From an uncultured virus (IMG/VR IMGVR_UViG_3300042516_002158) (lineage: Duplodnaviria; Heunggongvirae; Uroviricota; Caudoviricetes): 64,000 nucleotides of DNA. The translations under genes were made by a program, and so were the position numbers. The notes under the pieces were generated by a model. That model saw only the letters and a program-made list of their open reading frames with translations. It was not told where the DNA came from and made no database searches. The stretch lies in the IMG/VR virus record IMGVR_UViG_3300042516_002158; one strand, 5' to 3'. Below are positions 16,838 to 26,383 of the stretch, piece by piece (the first letter of the stretch is position 1; each line of letters starts with the position of its first letter).

Positions 16838-19060
16838 TTATGTATCGTATTGTTTACACAATTCAACGAATTTTTTTGATAAACTCATTTCCAATTTCCA
16901 TGTACCACCATATCCTTTACCATCGGAACGAGATTTTATTTCTGCAATTTCAATAGGTTTTGAGTTTTTACCTTTACCTATAAAACTAATATGTGGTGGT
17001 GGTGGTGTATCTAATACTTTTAATCCACTTTGGAATTCTTCAGCTGATTTAATGTTAAATACTCTCTGTAATACATATTGATCTATGTTTGTACCCGGTG
17101 TTTTTCCTTTTTTGAAATCACCTAATAACATATTTTCCTCACCTTCTAATAAAGATTTTACAGGAAATGCATCCCTAATACTTCTTAATAATGCGGTTTT
17201 AGTTTCATTTGTAGATAATAGATATTCTGATGCTGCCTTTGAGTGTGCGTATGTATTTTTATATATTTTATCTCTTACTGTCGATAGTGAATTTGCTTTA
17301 CCAGTAGAACTTCCTAAATTTAATAAAATCATAGATGCTTTTTGTTTTCCTCTAGATGTATTATCACCTATGATTTGTCCAATGCTATCTAATCCATTAA
17401 TTGAATCTTTATTTTTATAAAGTTTATTAATAGTATCTACGATTTCAGCTCTTAATCCACCTTTATCATTTTGCCCCATTTCTTCAATAATAGATAAAGC
17501 TCTTTCTTGTTTTTGTTTTGGAGTTAATTTAGCCCATGCATTTAACAATAATTTACTTTGTTTAACTACATCTTTATTTTCCCAAGCGGTTGAATGTAAC
17601 TTTTCTTGTACTGAATATGCATATTCTGCATTTGCATTTTTTGGAATTTCAGCTTTTACTCTTTCCTCTAATCCTGTTATATATTTTTGAAGTTGTTCTT
17701 TTCTAGCATACTCCGGAGTTTTTCCTTTCTTAACCTCACCCATTCCTTCTAATTCCTTTGTTGCTGATTCGTATTGATCCTTCTCTTTATTACTTACTTT
17801 CTTTGATGCCAATACTGCAATTGAACGGATTCTATTTGTAGTTCCGTTTAATAAGTTTACAACCTCATCTTTCTTTAATGAAGGTTCTATCCACTTAGTT
17901 TGTTTGGTTTTATTATCCATTACCAACATATTAACATCAGTAGAAAATCCTTTGTTTTGCCTATATCCTTCAACACCAATTGCCGCTGCCTCATCTGCTA
18001 CATCCCAAAACGTATTTAAAATTGTATATCCATTTGGAAAATCTCTTTTTAATTTTCTTTCATTTGCAATACAATGTGCTTCACCTGCTGTAACCCAACT
18101 AGCATCTAATATGCCGGCCTTTCCATTTTGTTCTGCTCTAGCTTTTAATAATCTAAAGAACATTGCTCTTTTACTAGCATCTTGAATACTCAATCCTATC
18201 ATCCCCACAATCTCACCACAAGTTGATTCTAATGTTCCTGCTCCTGCTTTATCGGTAAGAGTTGTAATTGTAATATTCTCTTTACCATACTGCATCATTC
18301 TTTCTAAAACCTTTAAATACTTTTTAGGGAATTTTGGTTTACCATCAAATATAGTTTGTGTATCTTTTGTTGAAAATAATGGCTTTGAATTTATTTTTTT
18401 AGCTTTGTTTGCTTTTGCTCTTGCTTCACTTGTCTTATCATCTAAACCAATTGTCATTGATTTATCGGTATTGAAACTATCCTTTTTTCTAATAGAATCA
18501 TTTACCTTTTTAACCTTCTTACCACTAGTAGGTGCACCTTGTTGTACTTGTGGTGCAGTTTGTTGTGGGAGTTTAGTTTTTAATTTATCAGTTGGTTTAG
18601 TAGTTGGTTTAGTTGTAGCCTTTGGTTGTGCTACTACTTTCTTTTGTTGTGCTGCAACTTTTTGTTGTTGTGCTGCCTTTCCTATTTTAACTGGTGGATT
18701 TACTGCTACTAATTTACCATTTTGGTTTCTGTGTGTAATTAAATCTTTACCTTTAGGTCCATATGCTTTACCACCTTTACCTTCTAATCCTTTTTTATGT
18801 GCATCTACTCTAACTTTATCTTTTGGATTAACTGCTTTGTTTTTTATAGGTGCTTCTAATGTAAATTTCTTTGGTGCTAATGATATAGCTTCCATTAATT
18901 CTGCATCATCTAGTATTGTTACACCAAATTGTTCTAATATTGTTTTTAAATGTAACAATTGTTCCTCATTTTGGAAATCAGGAATTGGATATGTAACACA
19001 AAATTCCAATAAAACATCATCAATAATTTCGTTAAGATTTTCTAAACTAAAGTTCATCAT
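16838..19060 (-). CDS. Large Lys-rich hypothetical protein
   Basis: 740-aa ORF; acidic N-terminus, K/Q/T/P-rich linker. Confidence 0.75.
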   Translation of the reverse strand: MMNFSLENLNEIIDDVLLEFCVTYPIPDFQNEEQLLHLKTILEQFGVTILDDAELMEAISLAPKKFTLEAPIKNKAVNPKDKVRVDAHKKGLEGKGGKAYGPKGKDLITHRNQNGKLVAVNPPVKIGKAAQQQKVAAQQKKVVAQPKATTKPTTKPTDKLKTKLPQQTAPQVQQGAPTSGKKVKKVNDSIRKKDSFNTDKSMTIGLDDKTSEARAKANKAKKINSKPLFSTKDTQTIFDGKPKFPKKYLKVLERMMQYGKENITITTLTDKAGAGTLESTCGEIVGMIGLSIQDASKRAMFFRLLKARAEQNGKAGILDASWVTAGEAHCIANERKLKRDFPNGYTILNTFWDVADEAAAIGVEGYRQNKGFSTDVNMLVMDNKTKQTKWIEPSLKKDEVVNLLNGTTNRIRSIAVLASKKVSNKEKDQYESATKELEGMGEVKKGKTPEYARKEQLQKYITGLEERVKAEIPKNANAEYAYSVQEKLHSTAWENKDVVKQSKLLLNAWAKLTPKQKQERALSIIEEMGQNDKGGLRAEIVDTINKLYKNKDSINGLDSIGQIIGDNTSRGKQKASMILLNLGSSTGKANSLSTVRDKIYKNTYAHSKAASEYLLSTNETKTALLRSIRDAFPVKSLLEGEENMLLGDFKKGKTPGTNIDQYVLQRVFNIKSAEEFQSGLKVLDTPPPPHISFIGKGKNSKPIEIAEIKSRSDGKGYGGTWKLEMSLSKKFVELCKQYDT

Positions 19061-20393
19061 AATTTTTGCCAGTTGTTGTTTTTACTTCATACCTACCATG
19101 TCCACCTCTTAATAATGGGATGATATCACTATATAAATATTGTTTTTCTAGTGGATGCACATCAAAAACAAATGCATCGTAAGTATATAATATCAATTTT
19201 GTTAATTTTCCTTTCAATATGTCCTTAATATCTAAAATTTTCTGTATATTTCGTTCAGTTTCGTATGATTGAATGTAATAATTTAAAACTTTTGCAGGAG
19301 TTATAGGTTCAAATCTATCTTCATTAAACTGAATGTGGTATAAGTGTGTAAACATGCATTTATTTTTAGTAACCGTATCATATAATAAATCAGTAAGATG
19401 TTGTATCTCTTTAAAATATGGAATATGTAATAATTCACTTCTAATTCCACCATACAGGTTTTGGAATATTAAAGTTTTTACTTCACTTCTGTCATCAATA
19501 CCCATTTGTTTACCAATCCATGTATAGAAATCTAATCCACAACCATAAAAATCACTAATCCATTTCATTTGTTTTATATCTACCTTTGAATTAAGTTTGG
19601 TTTGATAGATAATATCCATTAATAATCTAGGGTGATATGCTTCAAAATCACAACTAATTAATTCTCCACCCTCAAATCTACTAACAAATGCTTTTCTTAC
19701 ACCAGTATCTTTTTTTAGTGCTGCATAGTTTACACCCCCATGTCGGTTCGATGGTCGGAGTGTAGATGTCATTAGGTTATATTCAGTATAAATTATGTTA
19801 TCCTTCGTTAAATGAACTGGATTTAGTGTTAAACGATATTCTTCATCTACTTTCAAACCACTATGTTCAATATAATTAAATGCTTCAGTTGCATCGATTA
19901 TAAATTTATCGGTGTTTGATGTAGTTGTAGTTGAACATTTTTTAACATATTGTCCTATTAGTTCCAATTGTTTCATCATTGGAATACTATCGTTCAAATA
20001 TGATTCATTTTTAAACTTTGATTTGTAAAATTGATTGAGTTGAGTATCACCTAATTCAATATCATGATAACCATACCCAACAAATCTACCTAAATCCATA
20101 TCAAATGCATTTTTAAAAGGTAATAGATGTTGAACTGATTTAAGATTGAATACTAATTGTCTATGTTTTGTATCTAATAATTGTGATAGTGCTTCTACTT
20201 TAATTCCTAACCCATCACCATTGTTTACATTTATGACATATTCATTATTTTCTGAAAGGATATAAATAAATGATATACGATTATTCATTGAATGTTTTTC
20301 ATCATCTGATAATCTAACATATATTTTATTGCTACCTTTTCTATACTCTCGTAAGAAATCTTCAAAATCAAATTTATCCTCTACAAATCTCAT
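19047..20393 (-). CDS. Short family A DNA polymerase-like protein
   Basis: Motif A SCDFEAYHPR, motif B KTLIFQNLYG, NYYIQS, motif C LYTYDAFVFD. Confidence 0.75.
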   Translation of the reverse strand: MRFVEDKFDFEDFLREYRKGSNKIYVRLSDDEKHSMNNRISFIYILSENNEYVINVNNGDGLGIKVEALSQLLDTKHRQLVFNLKSVQHLLPFKNAFDMDLGRFVGYGYHDIELGDTQLNQFYKSKFKNESYLNDSIPMMKQLELIGQYVKKCSTTTTSNTDKFIIDATEAFNYIEHSGLKVDEEYRLTLNPVHLTKDNIIYTEYNLMTSTLRPSNRHGGVNYAALKKDTGVRKAFVSRFEGGELISCDFEAYHPRLLMDIIYQTKLNSKVDIKQMKWISDFYGCGLDFYTWIGKQMGIDDRSEVKTLIFQNLYGGIRSELLHIPYFKEIQHLTDLLYDTVTKNKCMFTHLYHIQFNEDRFEPITPAKVLNYYIQSYETERNIQKILDIKDILKGKLTKLILYTYDAFVFDVHPLEKQYLYSDIIPLLRGGHGRYEVKTTTGKNYDEL

Positions 20394-20397
20394 GTAA

Positions 20398-20428
20398 CAA
20401 ATATAATCTATTTTCGTTACAAATCAAA
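20398..20428 (-). promoter_or_regulatory. Bacteroidota-type promoter, near-leaderless for the PolA-like gene
   Basis: TTTG-N19-TATATTTG ending 4 nt before the ATG. Confidence 0.6.
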
Positions 20429-20429
20429 A

Positions 20430-20457
20430 TAAAAAAGGGAGTATTTAAACTCCCTTT
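20430..20457 (-). terminator. Intrinsic terminator
   Basis: AAAGGGAGT-loop-ACTCCCTTT plus U-tract. Confidence 0.75.
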
Positions 20458-20460
20458 ATA

Positions 20461-21270
20461 TTAAAATCCACCGAAATTCTTTTCATCTGATTCTGTCCAA
20501 TGTTTTACTTTTAATGCGTGCAAATCAATTGGTTCTCTTTTCATATGCCCACCTTTATTAAAGATTGCTCCTTTTTTAAGATAACCACCTAATAAGTTTC
20601 TACGGAATCTATTTGAGTTATTTGCTTCAGAACCATGTACACAATGTGAGTGTAACAATACTACTTGTCCTTTTCTTAAATAACCTTCTACCTTTCTAAA
20701 ATCATGTCCTTCAGGCATTACACAAGGTTTACCTCTTTCGTTTCTCCAAAATGTAGGATTTGTTTTTGTTCTATCTTCATCTACTTCAATTGGTAAAGTT
20801 TGTAATCTATGTGAACCTTCGTAGTTCCATACTGCACCATTTTCAGGGTCGTGATTATCTAACGCCAATGCAGTGTTGATAATTTCATTGTGTCCACATC
20901 CTGTATAAAATGCGTTTTGATGTTGGTCTCTACCTAATTGTCCTGGTGGTTTAAAGTAACACCAAGTTTGCATTCCTTGTACTTCACCTTCCATTAAAAA
21001 TTCACATGCTTCCAAAATCTTTGGATGACAAAACATTTTTTCTAATTTAGGTGATAGTTTATGTGGATATGCAAATGGATCCCACTCACCCCACTCTTTG
21101 CCATCTTCGGTAGTTGTACCAATTCTTTCTTGTCTTAATCTTTCTAATTCAGCGTTTACTTCATCAACCTCTTCTTCGGTTAATAATTCTAATACGGTGA
21201 ATCCTCTGTATCTCCAATCGAATGTAATTTGTTGTACTTCTAAATCGGTTAGATGTTTGAAATTGCTCAT
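20461..21270 (-). CDS. PhyH-family 2OG-Fe(II) dioxygenase
   Basis: YFKPPG, HQN (HxD variant), ENGA..GSH, HGS..N..R. Confidence 0.8.
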   Translation of the reverse strand: MSNFKHLTDLEVQQITFDWRYRGFTVLELLTEEEVDEVNAELERLRQERIGTTTEDGKEWGEWDPFAYPHKLSPKLEKMFCHPKILEACEFLMEGEVQGMQTWCYFKPPGQLGRDQHQNAFYTGCGHNEIINTALALDNHDPENGAVWNYEGSHRLQTLPIEVDEDRTKTNPTFWRNERGKPCVMPEGHDFRKVEGYLRKGQVVLLHSHCVHGSEANNSNRFRRNLLGGYLKKGAIFNKGGHMKREPIDLHALKVKHWTESDEKNFGGF

Positions 21271-21339
21271 ATAACTTTGTTTATTTATTATAAATATATG
21301 TTATTATTTTTTACTTTCCAAATAATAGTATGACTTTTA

Positions 21340-21696
21340 TCACCCTTTCCAAAACTTAGTATAGTTTTTTATATGAGTATCTAAATTAGAAAGTGTTTGT
21401 TTTCCAAATGCAATTGAACGTTGATTTAATTTACTTACTTCATCAATTTGTCCTGTTATTTTCCATTTAATTTTGGTTCCAAAGTATAATTGATTATTTT
21501 GAAAATCTTTAAAAGTATCTGCACTTACTTCATATATTAAACCATTGTCCTGATTTCTTTTTCTTATAAAATAACGATAAATAAATTCGTTTTTATAATC
21601 CTGTTCATTTGGAGTTGGTTGAAATGCACTAAAATTATCTGTAAATATTACATTAGTATTTAGTTGTAAGTAATTTTTTATTATTGACTCTTCCAT
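21340..21696 (-). CDS. Hypothetical protein (baseplate region)
   Basis: 118-aa ORF coupled to upstream gene. Confidence 0.65.
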   Translation of the reverse strand: MEESIIKNYLQLNTNVIFTDNFSAFQPTPNEQDYKNEFIYRYFIRKRNQDNGLIYEVSADTFKDFQNNQLYFGTKIKWKITGQIDEVSKLNQRSIAFGKQTLSNLDTHIKNYTKFWKG

Positions 21697-21698
21697 AA

Positions 21699-23861
21699 TT
21701 ATTTATTTCTAGCCTCATCTCTTTTTTTGTTATCTCTAACTCTAAATTTTAATTCTACATCAGTAGTCCATCTTGTATCATCTACCTCATGTTCTACATT
21801 TGTTACTTGCCAATATCCCATATCACTATCTAACCAAGGAACCGGAGTTGGATTTAATTCTAATGCTTGTCCTATTGTTATTCCTGATAATCCTAATATT
21901 GTCATTGTTACTGATATTGGAACTAATGCATCTTTTCTTTTATAATTCTCTCCGAAATATACGGTTTTTACACAACTAACATCTGTAAATACTGCGAAAT
22001 ATGGCTGTCCAGCTTTTCCATATTTTTTACTTGCACATAATTTAACTCTATTTGCACCTGGTAGTTTCAAATATATTGCTGCCTCTGTAACTAATTTTCT
22101 TGTAGATTCTATTGGACTTGTTATTGGCCTTAGATTGGGATTTGCACGTTTAAATCCCTCCCATATTTCTTTAAAATTAGGATTACTAGATTTTGGATCT
22201 GTTGTAGTTGTTGGTTGTGTTGTGCCACCTGCTTCCGTAGCTGTTGTTACTGATGTTTGTTGCCTATCAGCACTACTATCCGTTAAAGTTGCTTGTACTG
22301 TATTATTATTAATTCTTACTGAATTTAAAATAGGATCTGGACTTTTGGTTTCAAACATATATTTTGCCATTTCCCTATTTCTACTTGTTGTAGTTGTATT
22401 TGCATTTACACCACCCATCATCATTATAGTTGCTAATTCTTTTGGTAAATCTGCATTAGCTCTAAATTCAATTAATCTACTTGTATCTCTAAATAATTCT
22501 AAACTTGGAATAGATACTTTGTCGTTGTTTGTATCTCGTTCTAATGTTAAATCTACTATACTATAAATGTGTTGTCCTGTTTTTTCTTTAAAACTTTCTC
22601 TAACTACTAATTCATATATTCCCGCACCTGCAATATTTAACTCTGATACTATTTTTTCTAAATATTCATGTACCGTATTTGAACCCTTTGCAATTTCTTT
22701 TAAAAATTGGGTTTTTAAATATATGTTTTTAATATATCCAGCTTTAAATGGTTGGAAAAAATTATTCGATATAGTAATAGATTGGTCACTTGGAAATATA
22801 TCACCAACATTATCTCTTTGAAAATTAAATGGACCTAATGGTTGTGTATTTTTTAAATCCCATTCAATTACTCTTGCTCCCTCATAATCTACTGAATCTT
22901 TAAAACCCATTGTTGTTTTATTGGGAAATATAACATTATCGGTAACACTTATCATATTTGGATGACAATTTGCAATACTTTCTTCTATATCTACATTTAC
23001 TAAAACACCATATGCATCACCAGTAGTTTGCCTAAATTTATTAACGATTGAGTTTATTGCATATCCCATTTGAATATAGCTATCATCCGTTTGACCAAAT
23101 GTAGTCAAGTTACTTTCTCTATCTTCTTTTAAATTAATTACATAATTACGAATTTCTTTATCTTTAGATTCTATCAATCTTCCTTCTATATCCAATGCCT
23201 GAAGCACTTCTACCATTCCCTTTTCTTCGGTTTTTGCTTCTACACTTGATGTTTTTCCTTGTTTATGTATTTCTAAATATGCTACTAATTCTGATGGAGA
23301 TGATATTTCAAATTCAACATTTACACTTGCATCGGAATTTATTACCATATTAAAATTAGTAAGGATACCTGCTAAAAAATCTACATTATTTTTAAATTCA
23401 TTTGTATATTCAATATATCCATTTATGTTATTTACAATTTTTTCTGCTATTGCTCTACTTTGTGGCCCATCTCCACTAAAATTTTGATTTTTATTAAGCC
23501 ATCCCCAAGTTACTAATTGTGTGTTTCCTACTCTAAAATGATTCTTATGTTCTAATAAATCCTGAGTAGATGCAAATTTAACAGTTACCTTTGCTTTTCT
23601 AAGTGAACCTAAACTACCGGCTGCAGTTACACTTAAACCTGTTATAACGGGTGGAAATCTCTGAAGCTTCTTATTTGCACCATAAACTGCTTCATCTAAC
23701 TTATATGTTAAATAACTATTGTATGAAATTTGATTATCACCATCAATAAAATTAGTAAATTGAATAAATGGTTTTTCACCAGCTGCTTCAATTTTTGATG
23801 TGTTTTGAATTTGATCAACTATCGATTGTTTGATACCTGTAATATATGGAAATCTAGACAT
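21699..23861 (-). CDS. Probable baseplate hub protein
   Basis: Position after TMP; C-terminal GYWQVTNVEHEV..W.T pattern of gp27/VgrG-like hubs. Confidence 0.5.
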   Translation of the reverse strand: MSRFPYITGIKQSIVDQIQNTSKIEAAGEKPFIQFTNFIDGDNQISYNSYLTYKLDEAVYGANKKLQRFPPVITGLSVTAAGSLGSLRKAKVTVKFASTQDLLEHKNHFRVGNTQLVTWGWLNKNQNFSGDGPQSRAIAEKIVNNINGYIEYTNEFKNNVDFLAGILTNFNMVINSDASVNVEFEISSPSELVAYLEIHKQGKTSSVEAKTEEKGMVEVLQALDIEGRLIESKDKEIRNYVINLKEDRESNLTTFGQTDDSYIQMGYAINSIVNKFRQTTGDAYGVLVNVDIEESIANCHPNMISVTDNVIFPNKTTMGFKDSVDYEGARVIEWDLKNTQPLGPFNFQRDNVGDIFPSDQSITISNNFFQPFKAGYIKNIYLKTQFLKEIAKGSNTVHEYLEKIVSELNIAGAGIYELVVRESFKEKTGQHIYSIVDLTLERDTNNDKVSIPSLELFRDTSRLIEFRANADLPKELATIMMMGGVNANTTTTSRNREMAKYMFETKSPDPILNSVRINNNTVQATLTDSSADRQQTSVTTATEAGGTTQPTTTTDPKSSNPNFKEIWEGFKRANPNLRPITSPIESTRKLVTEAAIYLKLPGANRVKLCASKKYGKAGQPYFAVFTDVSCVKTVYFGENYKRKDALVPISVTMTILGLSGITIGQALELNPTPVPWLDSDMGYWQVTNVEHEVDDTRWTTDVELKFRVRDNKKRDEARNK

Positions 23862-23876
23862 AACTTTATTTTTTTA

Positions 23877-24158
23877 TTATCCTAAATATTGTGTTATTTC
23901 ACTTGCTCTCATTGGAATTCTAAGTTGAGTTCCTGGATTAAGTTTTAAATCAATATCAGTTAAATTATTAGCCATTGCAATTACCCACCATAGATTTGAG
24001 TCATTATAATATGATAATGCTAATAAATCTAATCTATCTTCCGCTGTTGTATAAATTAAAATATCACCATCACTCGGTGGAATATATGGTAACGCTTGGG
24101 GTACATATACATTACCTTTGCCTTTTTTGTTTTCTATTTCTAACTTATCGTATCTCAT
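23877..24158 (-). CDS. LysM-like baseplate wedge protein (gp53/tail X-like)
   Basis: DRLDLLA..YY..SNLWWVIAMAN...GTQLRIP. Confidence 0.8.
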   Translation of the reverse strand: MRYDKLEIENKKGKGNVYVPQALPYIPPSDGDILIYTTAEDRLDLLALSYYNDSNLWWVIAMANNLTDIDLKLNPGTQLRIPMRASEITQYLG

Positions 24159-24174
24159 ATCTTATCTTTAATTA

Positions 24175-26382
24175 TTAATCAACACTTCTTGCTCTAGTCC
24201 AAGCCTGCATTGAATCTGGTTCTACTCTCGTAGTTCCACCTAAAGTAGTTGGTTGAACATTTGGTGCACTTGGTATTCCTCGAGTTCTAAATATTGGTGA
24301 TGTATCAGTTGAACGTAATTGTGAACTATCTAATTGATCATCTGTTTGTGTTTTTTCAAATTGAGGTGGTGCACCAATAACAACTGGTTGCGCTGTTTCT
24401 GGTTTTGTTTGGATTTCGTATGCTTTTAAATCTTTTTGTTGAACCGGATAATGTGGGAAAACATCCTTATTCTTTACTACCTTATATGCAATATTTATAT
24501 CAAATATAAATGGTTTTTGTAAACCATTTGTGATTTCCCAAGGTGATTCATCTAATACATTCATTTCACATTGTGTTAAAAATCCATAATCTTCATTTAT
24601 TAAATCACCAATTTGTAATTTAATAATGTTACCAAATACACCTAAATTCTTTCGTGAAATTGGAAGTGTATATCCTTTTATTATATTTGCCTTTGTCCAT
24701 ATATTTTTTAAATCACTTTCGGATTCTGCATATAATCTTATTCTAAAACTAATTTCTCTTTCCCAATTATCGTATCCATAAAAATGGAATCCACTACCAA
24801 CTCCTTTTATAGAGCTCCAATTTGGTGTAGTTGCATCTGTTAAACCCGTTAGTGTTCCGATTAATAATACACCACCTATTTTAAATTTAATTCTATCAGT
24901 TGCTTTATCATTTTTAGAACCACCAAATTTTGATGTATCTAAAACATCTCTTTTTTGTTGTAAATATGGATTATATTTTTTATCAAATGTATTTGATTGT
25001 GCTTGGAATGAACCTGAAACAAAATAATAATCCTGGTCTAAGATTTTATTAAGATTATTACCATTAACCTGATCACTATATTTAGCTTCTTTACTATTCC
25101 ATCTAACTGGTTTAATCCAATATTTAGAATAATCTACACTACCACTACCACCAATTGGCCAATAACTCAACCAATTACTTAAATTATTTGTTTCTAAATT
25201 AATTTGTCCACCTAATTCTAAACTACTTACATTTTGTGTTCCAAATCGTAATAAACCAGTATCAGGAATTATATTATCCCAAATAGGATTAGCATCTTCA
25301 TATTGTTTAATAGTATCATATCTTGTCCATTCTTCTGGTGTAAATTCACCTGTTTGTGGATTTGTTTTTGATGCTTCGAATATTCTTAATACATCTTTAC
25401 TATAAGTACCTATTCTTTCGTATGGATCTACTGTACCTCCGAATTTATTCTTACGTCCTCTCCAATGTAATGCTGAATAATATGCACTAGCATCATACAT
25501 CAAAAAAGTATCTGTATCTTTATTTACATCTAAATTTTTATTAAAATGATCTGAATATAACGTATTTAAACTAGCTAATTCATCTTTTCTTTTCTCGCTA
25601 TCTACTGCCTCTATTACTATTGTACTAGTTACACCTAATTCTTTTCCAAATTTAAAAGGAAATTGTCGATTTCTTCTTTGTTGTGATTGATTAAATGCAA
25701 CTAATTCACCGTCATTAGGACTAGAATTTAATACAAATGTAGATGGAAAAAATGGCTCAGGTGGTGGTGGTCTTTTTGATGGGTCCTTTCTCCTTTTTTT
25801 CCTCGTTAATAAAGATTTAGCACCTGCAATAGCTGCTCCAATTATCATTGTTTTAGCTGCTGCTACTGCATTATCTTTTATTTGTTGTGGTGTTCTATTT
25901 CCTTGTAAAAACGAACCTAATTTAGATTTTTTATTTTTTACACCACCATTATAATATTTACCACCAGCATAATCACTACTAATTAATTTAGAATACAAAC
26001 TAAATTTAAGTTCAGTTGCTTCTCCTTCTAAAAAATCATCAGGATATTTTGGATTAAAATCTGCTAAAAAATTACCAACACCTGCTCCAATAGGTCCTAA
26101 TAAACCACCCACTGCACCGGCCGCTTTTTTAATTAATACTTTATCTGCATGCGGGTCTCTTTGTAATAAAATTCGTTTTGCATCTAATCCATAAATTTTT
26201 GGAACATTCTTTATAAAATTTATAGTTTGAGCTGCATTTTTTTCCTCTCTTGTATAAATTTCATCTCCAGCATATTTTTTTATAACATCACCAAATACTG
26301 AAGGAATGACAGGTTTAGGTTTTACAATTTCCGGTGTACTAGCGTTTCTTTCTCCTAATAATTCTAATAAAGATTTTCCCAT
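24175..26382 (-). CDS. Probable baseplate / tube-initiator protein
   Basis: Directly after TMP; C-terminal tube-like domain (YDNWEREISF...SPWEI). Confidence 0.5.
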   Translation of the reverse strand: MGKSLLELLGERNASTPEIVKPKPVIPSVFGDVIKKYAGDEIYTREEKNAAQTINFIKNVPKIYGLDAKRILLQRDPHADKVLIKKAAGAVGGLLGPIGAGVGNFLADFNPKYPDDFLEGEATELKFSLYSKLISSDYAGGKYYNGGVKNKKSKLGSFLQGNRTPQQIKDNAVAAAKTMIIGAAIAGAKSLLTRKKRRKDPSKRPPPPEPFFPSTFVLNSSPNDGELVAFNQSQQRRNRQFPFKFGKELGVTSTIVIEAVDSEKRKDELASLNTLYSDHFNKNLDVNKDTDTFLMYDASAYYSALHWRGRKNKFGGTVDPYERIGTYSKDVLRIFEASKTNPQTGEFTPEEWTRYDTIKQYEDANPIWDNIIPDTGLLRFGTQNVSSLELGGQINLETNNLSNWLSYWPIGGSGSVDYSKYWIKPVRWNSKEAKYSDQVNGNNLNKILDQDYYFVSGSFQAQSNTFDKKYNPYLQQKRDVLDTSKFGGSKNDKATDRIKFKIGGVLLIGTLTGLTDATTPNWSSIKGVGSGFHFYGYDNWEREISFRIRLYAESESDLKNIWTKANIIKGYTLPISRKNLGVFGNIIKLQIGDLINEDYGFLTQCEMNVLDESPWEITNGLQKPFIFDINIAYKVVKNKDVFPHYPVQQKDLKAYEIQTKPETAQPVVIGAPPQFEKTQTDDQLDSSQLRSTDTSPIFRTRGIPSAPNVQPTTLGGTTRVEPDSMQAWTRARSVD

Positions 26383-26383
26383 G

